Positions 27,201 to 34,865 of a stretch of 64,000 nucleotides of DNA are shown here, piece after piece. Source of the stretch: Oscillospiraceae bacterium (lineage in GTDB: Bacteria > Bacillota > Clostridia > Oscillospirales > CAG-382); contig JAFLUP010000001.1 of NCBI GenBank assembly GCA_022508745.1, positions 3,912-67,911 of the forward strand, read 5' to 3'. The notes under the pieces were generated by a model. That model saw nothing but the letters and a program-made list of their open reading frames with translations, was not told where the DNA came from and did no database searches. The position numbers and the translations under genes were made by a program. Each line of letters starts with the position of its first letter. The first letter of the stretch is position 1.

Positions 27201-28118
27201 TTACAGCTCCGAACGGCGAGGCAGAGAGCGATAGCCGCCGGGCACGGACGCGGTCTTTGCATAGACGTTGTTGGCAAATTCCGCCCCGGCGCGCAGGTCG
27301 CCGGTGTTCAGGTATTCCCCGATCAGCGCAGCGGTGAACGCCTCGGAAGCGCCGGCGGGATCCACCGGTTCCTCGTCGAAGGCGGAGATGGCGCTGAAAT
27401 ACTTCCCGTCGTACAGGAAGCAGCCGCGCGCCCCCAGCCGCAGCAGGATATACCGCACGTCGAAGCGCTTGCGCAGGGTGTAGCACGCCAGCTTGCGCTG
27501 CTCCTCGTTGATGGGGCTGACACCGGAGAAGGTGTAGGCGTCCTCCTCATCCAACAGCAGGATCTCCGCGCGGGCGAGCTGTTCAAAGGGGAAATCCGCC
27601 GGGACCATGCCCCGCTTGGCGGTGGCGTCCACAAAGAACGGGATCCCACGCTCCGCCGCGAGGGCGGAAACCTGCACGACGGCCTCCGGCTCCGTCTCCA
27701 GAGATGCGACGATGGCGTCCGGCAGACAGGCGAGGGCGTTTTCCGCGTGGGCTTTTCCCAGCCCGCGGTTGGCGCCGGGGAAGAGGATGGTGCGGCACAC
27801 GCCGCTCTGCTCCACCAGTTCCAGTGCAAGACCGGTCTGCAGCGTGCGGTCCACGGTGACGTTGGTGCTGTGAAGCCCTTCCTTTTTGCAGACCTCCCGC
27901 AGGCGGTCGCCGTAGTAATCGTCGCCGACGCGGGCGCAGACGGCCGTGTCGTAGCCCAGCCGTGCCGACGCGATGGCGCCCAGAATACTCCTGCCGCAGG
28001 GGGCGAAGGTGTAGTTCGCTTCCGAACGGATGACTTCTCCGGGAGCGGGCGTGCGGGCCGTGCCGACCGCAAAGCGGATCTGCGCGCCGCCGATGAAAAG
28101 AATTCTCTTCCTTGGCAT
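27201..28118 (-). CDS. PfkB-family carbohydrate kinase
   Basis: 305 aa. N-terminal GG dipeptide region and C-terminal DPAGASEAFTAALI (variant of the DTxGAGDxF signature). Confidence 0.85.
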   Translation of the reverse strand: MPRKRILFIGGAQIRFAVGTARTPAPGEVIRSEANYTFAPCGRSILGAIASARLGYDTAVCARVGDDYYGDRLREVCKKEGLHSTNVTVDRTLQTGLALELVEQSGVCRTILFPGANRGLGKAHAENALACLPDAIVASLETEPEAVVQVSALAAERGIPFFVDATAKRGMVPADFPFEQLARAEILLLDEEDAYTFSGVSPINEEQRKLACYTLRKRFDVRYILLRLGARGCFLYDGKYFSAISAFDEEPVDPAGASEAFTAALIGEYLNTGDLRAGAEFANNVYAKTASVPGGYRSLPRRSEL

Positions 28119-28174
28119 GGTGGTATCCTCACTTTTTCACGGAATCCGGGCGACAAATGTCGTTCTTTTTCTTT

Positions 28175-28203
28175 ATTGTACCTTCTTTTTTGTCATTTGT
28201 CAA
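28175..28203 (-). promoter_or_regulatory. sigma-A-type promoter for the PfkB kinase gene, overlapping the spoIIID stop codon
   Basis: Minus strand reads TTGACA-17 nt-TACAAT. The -35 spans the spoIIID stop (28200-28202). Confidence 0.55.
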
Positions 28204-28457
28204 TGTTTTGCCGCTAAATATTTCAGCCGCGTGGCATTTCCGCCGCGCTTGTGCCGTTCCTCTTTATTGGTCCGCAGAACCTGTTGGACCTCCTCGTAGA
28301 GCGGAGGGTTCTGCTGTTTGAGACGAGCGGTCAGATCCTTGTGCACCGTGCTTTTGCTGACGCCGAACTTTTTTGCGGCGGCGCGGACGGTGGCACCGGT
28401 CTCCGACACGTACTTTCCGATTTCCTCTGCCCGTGTGGGCGCGTCGGAACGAAACAT
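28200..28457 (-). CDS. spoIIID: sporulation transcriptional regulator SpoIIID
   Basis: 85 aa, the C-terminal part of track ORF 28200..28898. EEIGKYVSETGATVRAAAKKFGVSKSTVHKDLTARL...RHKRGGNATRLKY closely matches the SpoIIID HTH and basic tail. Confidence 0.9.
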   Translation of the reverse strand: MFRSDAPTRAEEIGKYVSETGATVRAAAKKFGVSKSTVHKDLTARLKQQNPPLYEEVQQVLRTNKEERHKRGGNATRLKYLAAKH

Positions 28458-28528
28458 GGGATCAATCTTGCCTTTCTTAAAAGAATTTGCAGCATTTTTC
28501 CTTTCAGACCAGTTTCCTTTCGCTGCTA

Positions 28529-28557
28529 TGCGTATGCGCGGGATTGTAAAAATATAC
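28529..28557 (-). promoter_or_regulatory. candidate sigma-E-type (mother-cell) promoter for spoIIID
   Basis: Minus strand reads GTATATT-14 nt-CATACGCA. The B. subtilis sigma-E consensus, as I recall it, is kmATATT-14-CATACAmT. Confidence 0.4.
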
Positions 28558-28566
28558 GTGATCCTC

Positions 28567-28595
28567 TTGACAAAATCGCTTTTGAATGGTATCAT
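28567..28595 (+). promoter_or_regulatory. sigma-A-type promoter for the MinD-like / MGS-like / hisS-aspS transcription unit
   Basis: TTGACA-17 nt-TATCAT. The RBS GGAGGAG and TTG 28630 lie downstream. Confidence 0.6.
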
Positions 28596-28629
28596 AGGCA
28601 TAACTCTATGGTGGAGGAGTGTACCGTTT

Positions 28630-29463
28630 TTGGGCAGAGTGATTTTTGTGACCGCGTTCAAGGGCGGGGTCGGGAAAACGACCGCCGCCGCGGGTATCGC
28701 CGCCGCCCTTGCGTCTCTCGGGAAAAAGGTCTGTATCGTGGATGCGGATTTCGGGATGCGCTGTATGGATCTGGTGTTGGGCATGGAAAGCAGCGTGCTG
28801 TACGATTGCAGCGACGTTTTGAGCGGACGCTGCACGCTGTCGGAAGCCATCGTTCCGGTGGGGGGCAGCGGTTCGCTGTGGTTTTTGCCTGCCCCCATGC
28901 GCTACGACGGGCGAGGGCTTTCCAAGGAAAACGCGGACGCCCTGTTTGCCGAACTGCGCAGAACCTACGATTATTGTCTGGTGGATTCCTCCGCGGAGCT
29001 TTCGGATTACTACCGCCTGTTTGCCGGGGAAGCGGACGAGGCCATCGTCGTCTCCCTGCACCAATCCACTGCGGTGCGCGCGGCGGAGAAAACGGCGGCA
29101 AACCTCGCCTCCTTCGGGCATTGGCGTATCCGGCTGATCGTCAACGGCTACCGCGCAAACCTCGCTTCCGCCGGGAGGCTCCCCACCCTGTTTGAGATGA
29201 TCCGGCGCTCCTCGGTCCCGCTGCTGGGCGCCGTTCCCGCATCGGAAACGCTCCCTGCGGATCAGGAAAAAGGGGAAACGGCCTTCGGCGGGAAGGAGAG
29301 GCGGCGTTTGCGGTCTTACGAGGCGGCGTTTCTGAATATCGCGCTTCGGCTCTGCGGGGTCGGCGTGCCGCTGCTGGAAGGGGTCGCGCCGCCGGGAAGG
29401 AAGGCAGCCCGCCTTGCGGAAGCAAGAAAGCGACTGCCGGAAGAGCGAACCGTTTCCATTTGA
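28630..29463 (+). CDS. MinD/ParA-family ATPase (orphan MinD-like)
   Basis: Within track ORF 28318..29463. TTG 28630 lies 10 nt after GGAGGAG; GTG 28639 is an alternative. Deviant Walker A FKGGVGKTT and a MinD-like DADFGMRCMDLVLG. No minC or minE adjacent. Confidence 0.8.
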   Translation: MGRVIFVTAFKGGVGKTTAAAGIAAALASLGKKVCIVDADFGMRCMDLVLGMESSVLYDCSDVLSGRCTLSEAIVPVGGSGSLWFLPAPMRYDGRGLSKENADALFAELRRTYDYCLVDSSAELSDYYRLFAGEADEAIVVSLHQSTAVRAAEKTAANLASFGHWRIRLIVNGYRANLASAGRLPTLFEMIRRSSVPLLGAVPASETLPADQEKGETAFGGKERRRLRSYEAAFLNIALRLCGVGVPLLEGVAPPGRKAARLAEARKRLPEERTVSI

Positions 29464-29485
29464 CTATGAAAGGTTGTGTTCTGTT

Positions 29486-29899
29486 ATGAATATTGCGATC
29501 ATCGCAAACGATAAAAAGAAAGAACTGATCACGGAGTTCTGCATGGCGTACTGCGGCGTGCTTTCTCGCCATCATCTCTGCGCCACGGCCACCACGGCGA
29601 AGTACATTGCCGAGGCCACCGGGCTGACCATCGAAAAACTGCTTTCTGGCTTCCACGGCGGGTCGAACCAGATCGTTTCCAAAATCGCCTACGGCGAAGT
29701 GGACCTGCTCATCCTGCTGTGCGACACGGGGGATCCCCAGGAGTATCTGGAAACAGAAGTCCCGCTGATCCGGGAATGTGACATTTACAACGTCCCCGCG
29801 GCGACCAACATCGCCACGGCGGAAGCGTTGATCCTCGCCCTCGACCGGGGCGATCTGGACTGGCGCGCCATCGACAAGGGCGCGTCCTTCGCAGGCTGA
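29486..29899 (+). CDS. methylglyoxal synthase-like (MGS-fold) protein, catalytic motifs substituted
   Basis: 137 aa starting at MNIAIIANDKKK. Collinear with MgsA, but AHD is AND, GGDQQ is GGSNQ, and the PHxPD region is PQEYLETE. Confidence 0.8.
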   Translation: MNIAIIANDKKKELITEFCMAYCGVLSRHHLCATATTAKYIAEATGLTIEKLLSGFHGGSNQIVSKIAYGEVDLLILLCDTGDPQEYLETEVPLIRECDIYNVPAATNIATAEALILALDRGDLDWRAIDKGASFAG

Positions 29900-29927
29900 T
29901 ACAGGCAAAGAAAGGCAATCTCGACTT

Positions 29928-31172
29928 ATGAAACTGACACCTACCGAGGGCATGCGGGATTATCTGCCCGGGGAAAATGCCGTCCGCGACCGGCTGCTGG
30001 AACGCATCCGCGAGGTCTACCGTGCCAACGGCTTCCGTTCCATCGAGACGCCGGCGGCGGAAAGTCTGGAGAATCTGGAAAACAGCGACGGCGGGGAGAA
30101 CCTTAAGCTGATCTACCGGCTGGAAAAGCGGGGGGATAAGCTGAAAAAAGCCATCGAGGCGGGGGATTTCGCCCATCTGTGCGATCTGGGTCTGCGCTAT
30201 GACCTGACCCTGCCCCTTTCCCGTTACTACGCGGCACACCGGAACGATCTGGAAACCCCCTTCAAGTGCATCCAGATCGGGCGGGTCTACCGCGCCGAGC
30301 GCCCCCAAAAGGGACGGCTGCGGGAGTTCGTGCAGTGCGACATCGACATCCTCGGCTCGGAGAGCATGGATTGCGAAGTGGAGCTGATCACCGTCACGGC
30401 GGAAGCGCTGCTGGCGGTGGGCATCGACGATTTCCGCGTCCGGGTGAACCACCGCGCGCTGCTGCGGAATCTGATCGTGGGGTGCGGCTTTGCGCCGGAA
30501 TCGGCGGATTCGGTGTGTATCACGGTGGATAAGGCGGATAAGATCGGCTTCGACGGCGTAAAGGCGGAGTTGTTGGATAAGGGGTTTGCCCCGGAAGCGG
30601 CGGAAAAGCTGACGGCGCTCCTGCAGGGAGGGCTGACGCTGGAAACGCTGGCGTCTTTCGGCAGTCAAGCGGAAGCGCAGCAAATTTCCGCGCTGTTGGA
30701 ACAGACCAACGCCCTTGCGGAGGGGAAGTACGAGGTAATCTTCGACGCCACGCTGGTGCGCGGACAGGGCTACTACACCGGAACGGTGTTCGAGATCGAA
30801 TGTCCCTCCTTCGGCGGCACGGTGGCAGGCGGCGGACGGTACGACAACCTGATCGGTAAGTTCAGCGGCGGCATCGTGCCGGCGGTGGGCTTCTCCATCG
30901 GGTTTGAGCGCATCTTTTCCGTGCTTTGGGAGCGGGGCGCGAGCTCGCGCGCGGAAAGCAAGCCGCGGGAGGTCCTGTTCTACGACGAAGGGCAGATCGC
31001 GGAGGCCATCCGCTATGCCCGCACCCTGCACGCCGATTTTGACGTGACATTGGTGCAAAAGAAGAAAAAAGTCGGCAAACAGCTCGCCCAAGCGGAAGCA
31101 CAGGGCTATCGCTATGCCGAATTTCTGGAAACGCGCGGGGAGCGCAAAGAATTGACCGTTACGAAAGATTGA
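29928..31172 (+). CDS. hisS: histidine--tRNA ligase
   Basis: 414 aa. GMRDYLP, YRAERPQKGRLREFVQCDIDILG, GGGRYDNLI, and a C-terminal anticodon-binding domain. Confidence 0.93.
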   Translation: MKLTPTEGMRDYLPGENAVRDRLLERIREVYRANGFRSIETPAAESLENLENSDGGENLKLIYRLEKRGDKLKKAIEAGDFAHLCDLGLRYDLTLPLSRYYAAHRNDLETPFKCIQIGRVYRAERPQKGRLREFVQCDIDILGSESMDCEVELITVTAEALLAVGIDDFRVRVNHRALLRNLIVGCGFAPESADSVCITVDKADKIGFDGVKAELLDKGFAPEAAEKLTALLQGGLTLETLASFGSQAEAQQISALLEQTNALAEGKYEVIFDATLVRGQGYYTGTVFEIECPSFGGTVAGGGRYDNLIGKFSGGIVPAVGFSIGFERIFSVLWERGASSRAESKPREVLFYDEGQIAEAIRYARTLHADFDVTLVQKKKKVGKQLAQAEAQGYRYAEFLETRGERKELTVTKD

Positions 31173-31192
31173 CCATTACGAAAGAAGGAAAT

Positions 31193-31301
31193 GTTTGAAA
31201 CCGACGCAGACTGAAAAGGGATGCGTCAGTCGTTCAAACTACATTTGTGCTTTGCTGCACAGCAAGGTGCAGCATTTTCCTGCGGAAAAACACCACAAAT
31301 G
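31193..31301 (+). ncRNA. candidate structured intercistronic element, copy A (hisS|aspS)
   Basis: Module 1: GTTTGAA(31193-31199)...TTCAAAC(31233-31239) encloses GACGCA/TGCGTC. Module 2: CATTTGTG(31242-31249)...CACAAATG(31294-31301) encloses hairpins TGCTGCAC/GTGCAGCA and TTTTCC/GGAAAA. A second copy lies at 42965-43070. Confidence 0.5.
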
Positions 31302-31325
31302 CCAATGAAAGGAATGACTGTTGTT

Positions 31326-33122
31326 ATGGCGGAATTACTGGGCGGAGAGCGCCGCACGCATCTTTGCGGCGAACTGCGGAATACCCACGTGGGCGAAGAA
31401 GTCTGCGTGATGGGATGGGTGCGCAAACGGAGAGATCTGGGCAACCTGCTGTTTGTTGATCTGCGGGATCGCAGCGGTGTGGTGCAGCTGGCATTTGACG
31501 ACGGCACCGATCCGGCGCTGTTCGAGAAGGCCTCCGGCGTGCGCAGCGAGTTCGTGCTGTCTGCGCGGGGGACCGTGCGGAAGCGCGCTTCCGTCAACGC
31601 GGAGCTTCCCACGGGAGAAGTGGAGATCTTTGTGACCTCGCTGAAGATCCTCGGGGAGAGCGAAACGCCCCCCTTTGAGATCACGGACGATTGCAAGACC
31701 GGGGAAGAACTTCGGCTGAAATACCGCTATCTGGATCTGCGCCGCCCGGTGCTGCAGCGGAATCTGCTGTTCCGCCATCGCGTCGCCAAAGTGACGCGGG
31801 ATTATTTTGACGAAAACGGATTTGTGGAGCTGGAAACGCCCATCCTGATCCGTTCCACGCCGGAGGGAGCGCGGGACTACCTCGTGCCCTCCCGTGTACA
31901 TCCCGGCTCCTTCTACGCGCTGCCCCAGTCCCCGCAGCTGTATAAGCAGCTTTCCATGGTGGCTGGCTTCGACCGGTACTTCCAGCTTGCCCGCTGCTTC
32001 CGTGACGAGGACCTGCGCGCCGACCGGCAGCCGGAATTCACCCAGATCGACTTGGAAATGAGCTTCGTGGACATGGAGGACGTGCTTTCCATCGCGGAAG
32101 GGTACATTCAGCGCCTGTTCCGGGAAACGCTGGGGGTGGAGATCCCCATGCCGCTGCCCCGGTATACTTACCGAGAAGTCATGGACCGGTTCGGTTCGGA
32201 CAAGCCGGATCTCCGCTTCGGCATGGAGATTCAGGATCTGTCCGACGCGGTGCGGGGCTGTTCGTTCGCGGTCTTTTCTCGCGCGTTGGAGGCGGGCGGC
32301 AGCGTGCGCGCCATCGTGCTGAAGGGCGCGGCGGAGAAGTTCACCCGCAAGGATATCGATAAATTGGTGGAATACGCAAAGGGCTGCGGAGCGGCCGGGG
32401 TCGCCTGGGTGCGCCGCGCAGAGCAGATGAGCTCTTCCTTTGCCAAATTCCTCACGGAAGAGGAATTGCAGAAGATCTACGACTGCGCGGACTGCGCGGA
32501 AGGGGATATCCTGCTTGCCATGGCGGATGCGGACACCGACCGTCTGTTGACCCAGTTGGGACAGCTCCGTCTGGAGGCGGCGAACCGTCTGGGCATCGAG
32601 CGCAAGGGCTTCTCCTTCCTCTGGGTGGTGGAATTCCCGTTCTTTGAATATGATCGCGAAAGCGGCGAATGGCTGGCGATGCACCACCCCTTCACGGCGG
32701 TGGTGGACGAGTGCCTGCCGTATCTGGAAACGGATAAAGGACGCGTCCGCGCCAAATGCTACGATCTGGTGCTCAACGGCATTGAACTTTCCTCCGGCTC
32801 CATCCGGATCACGGATCCGGTGCTGCAGGCGAAGATCTTCGAGCTGCTGGGCATTTCGGAAGAGGACGCCAAGGCGAAGTTCGGCTACTTGCTGGACGCC
32901 TTCCGCTACGGCGCACCCCCCCACGGCGGCATGGCGCTGGGACTTGACCGTCTGGTGATGCAGATGCTGGGCGCGGAAAGCCTGCGGGACGTGGTGGCGT
33001 TCCCGAAGGTGCAGAACGCCTCCGAGCTGATGACCGGCTGCCCGGCGGAGGTGCCGGAGCAGGCGCTGCGGGATCTGGGGCTCCTGAAAGAGGAGACGCT
33101 CCTGCAAAAGGAGAAGGAATAA
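31326..33122 (+). CDS. aspS: aspartate--tRNA ligase
   Basis: ATG 31326 (MAELLGGERRTHLCGELR) fits AspS N-termini. FYALPQSPQLYKQ, FRDEDLRADRQPEFTQID, GGMALGLDRLVM. The track start 31221 would read through the structured element. Confidence 0.95.
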   Translation: MAELLGGERRTHLCGELRNTHVGEEVCVMGWVRKRRDLGNLLFVDLRDRSGVVQLAFDDGTDPALFEKASGVRSEFVLSARGTVRKRASVNAELPTGEVEIFVTSLKILGESETPPFEITDDCKTGEELRLKYRYLDLRRPVLQRNLLFRHRVAKVTRDYFDENGFVELETPILIRSTPEGARDYLVPSRVHPGSFYALPQSPQLYKQLSMVAGFDRYFQLARCFRDEDLRADRQPEFTQIDLEMSFVDMEDVLSIAEGYIQRLFRETLGVEIPMPLPRYTYREVMDRFGSDKPDLRFGMEIQDLSDAVRGCSFAVFSRALEAGGSVRAIVLKGAAEKFTRKDIDKLVEYAKGCGAAGVAWVRRAEQMSSSFAKFLTEEELQKIYDCADCAEGDILLAMADADTDRLLTQLGQLRLEAANRLGIERKGFSFLWVVEFPFFEYDRESGEWLAMHHPFTAVVDECLPYLETDKGRVRAKCYDLVLNGIELSSGSIRITDPVLQAKIFELLGISEEDAKAKFGYLLDAFRYGAPPHGGMALGLDRLVMQMLGAESLRDVVAFPKVQNASELMTGCPAEVPEQALRDLGLLKEETLLQKEKE

Positions 33123-33174
33123 ACGCTTTTGCGGGGGAACGCCCCGTATCAATACGGAAAGGAAACGTCACAGT

Positions 33175-34137
33175 ATGATCGAAATCAACAACCTTTGTAA
33201 GGTGTTCGGCGATAAACGGGCAGTGGACGACGTCAGCTTCCGCGTGGAGGAAGGGGAGATCATGGGCTTTCTCGGGCCGAACGGCGCGGGAAAATCCACG
33301 ACGCTCAATATTCTGACCGGCTATCTCTCCGCCACGGCGGGGACCTGCCTCGTGAACGGGGTGGATATCCTCGAACAGCCGTTGGAAGCGAAACGGAACA
33401 TCGGCTTCCTGCCGGAGCAGCCGCCGCTTTATACAGACATGACGGTCAAGGAATACCTGAATTTTATTTACGACCTGAAGGGTTGTACCTTCCCTCGCGC
33501 GCAGCATATCCGGGAGATCTGCGACGTGGTCAAGATCGGCGACGTGTTCGACCGGCTGATCGCCAACCTTTCCAAGGGGTATAAGCAGCGCGTGGGCATC
33601 GCGCAGGCGCTCATCGGGAACCCCCGGGTGCTGATCTTCGACGAACCCACCGTGGGTCTGGATCCCAAGCAGATCATCGACATTCGCAACCTGATCCGTA
33701 TGCTGGGGAAGGAACATACCATCATCCTTTCCACCCATATCCTGCCGGAGGTGCAGGCGGTCTGCGACCGCATCGTGGTCATCAACAAAGGCAAGCTGGT
33801 CGCCAACGAAAAGACGGAGGATCTGGTCACTGCCGTGGATGGCTCCCGCAAGCTGGTGGCGAAGATCGTCGGTCCGCAGGATGAGGTGCTCAAGACCCTC
33901 AAGGGGGTGGCGGGCATCCGCACCGTGGATGTGCTGGGCAAACGGGATACGGACAGCGTCAGCTACCTGATCGAATCCGAGGAACGGGTGGACGCCCGTA
34001 AGCCGCTGTTCTATACGCTTTCCTCCAAAGGCTGGCCTCTGGTGGGTCTGGAGGGCATGGAGCTGAGTCTGGAGGACATCTTCATCCGTCTGGTGAGCGA
34101 TAACCGCAAGAAGAATCAAAAAGGAGGGGACCGCTGA
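33175..34137 (+). CDS. ABC transporter ATP-binding protein (GldA-like)
   Basis: Walker A GPNGAGKST, signature LSKGYKQR, Walker B LIFDEP. Confidence 0.9.
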   Translation: MIEINNLCKVFGDKRAVDDVSFRVEEGEIMGFLGPNGAGKSTTLNILTGYLSATAGTCLVNGVDILEQPLEAKRNIGFLPEQPPLYTDMTVKEYLNFIYDLKGCTFPRAQHIREICDVVKIGDVFDRLIANLSKGYKQRVGIAQALIGNPRVLIFDEPTVGLDPKQIIDIRNLIRMLGKEHTIILSTHILPEVQAVCDRIVVINKGKLVANEKTEDLVTAVDGSRKLVAKIVGPQDEVLKTLKGVAGIRTVDVLGKRDTDSVSYLIESEERVDARKPLFYTLSSKGWPLVGLEGMELSLEDIFIRLVSDNRKKNQKGGDR

Positions 34138-34844
34138 TGTTTGCTATCTATAAGCGCGAGCTGCGCGGCTATTTCATCACGCCCATCGGGTATATCTTCT
34201 GCGGCGTGTTCCTGTTGGTCTCGGGGCTGCTGTTCTATTGGACCACGCTGGCGGCGCAGAGCATGGACAGCCTCAACGAGTACTTCTTGATGATGATCTG
34301 CGTGTTCGCCATCCTCATCCCGCTGCTGACCATGAAGCTGTTGGCGGAGGACAGGCGCACCAAGACGGAGCAGTTGCTGCTGACCGCGCCCGTGTCCCTG
34401 ACGGGGATGATTTTGGGGAAATATTTCGCGGCGCTGACCATTTACGGCTGTACCTTTTTGGTCAACACCTTCAATTTTGTGCTGTTATACCGTTACGGGA
34501 CCCCGAATACCGCCGCCATCTTCGCCAACATTCTGGGCGTATTCCTGATCGGCGCGGCATTCATCGCCATCGGGTTGTTCCTTTCGTCCCTGACCCAGAA
34601 CCAGCTCATCGCGGCGGTTTCCTCCATCGGGACCATCGTCGCCATGCTGCTGCTGTTCCTGCTGGGGGACGCGATCCCTTACGCATGGCTGCGTTCCGTG
34701 CTGCAATGGTTCTCCGTGCTGGACCGCTATGTGCCCTTCACGAATCAGAGCATGAGCATCCCGTCCATCGTGTATTATTTCTCTCTTGCCGCGGTGTTCG
34801 TGTTCCTGACGGTGCGCGTCTATGACAAGCGCCGTTGGTCATAA
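34137..34844 (+). CDS. ABC-2 type transporter permease (GldF-like)
   Basis: 235 aa and polytopic. The start overlaps the ATPase stop by 1 nt (TGATG). Confidence 0.8.
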   Translation: MFAIYKRELRGYFITPIGYIFCGVFLLVSGLLFYWTTLAAQSMDSLNEYFLMMICVFAILIPLLTMKLLAEDRRTKTEQLLLTAPVSLTGMILGKYFAALTIYGCTFLVNTFNFVLLYRYGTPNTAAIFANILGVFLIGAAFIAIGLFLSSLTQNQLIAAVSSIGTIVAMLLLFLLGDAIPYAWLRSVLQWFSVLDRYVPFTNQSMSIPSIVYYFSLAAVFVFLTVRVYDKRRWS

Positions 34845-34865
34845 GCGAAAGGATGGGTATAAGCC

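Noticed and set aside
28151-28203. GACAAATG / CATTTGTC inverted words resembling the arms of the 31.2-kb/43.0-kb element
   Set aside because: Hairpins 1 and 2 of the element are absent. The sequence is better explained as the TTGACA -35 and spacer of the PfkB kinase promoter.
31221-31325. Upstream extension of aspS (track start 31221)
   Set aside because: The extension would translate through the structured element and adds a non-AspS-like N-terminus. ATG 31326 gives the canonical AspS start and has a GAAAGGAA SD.
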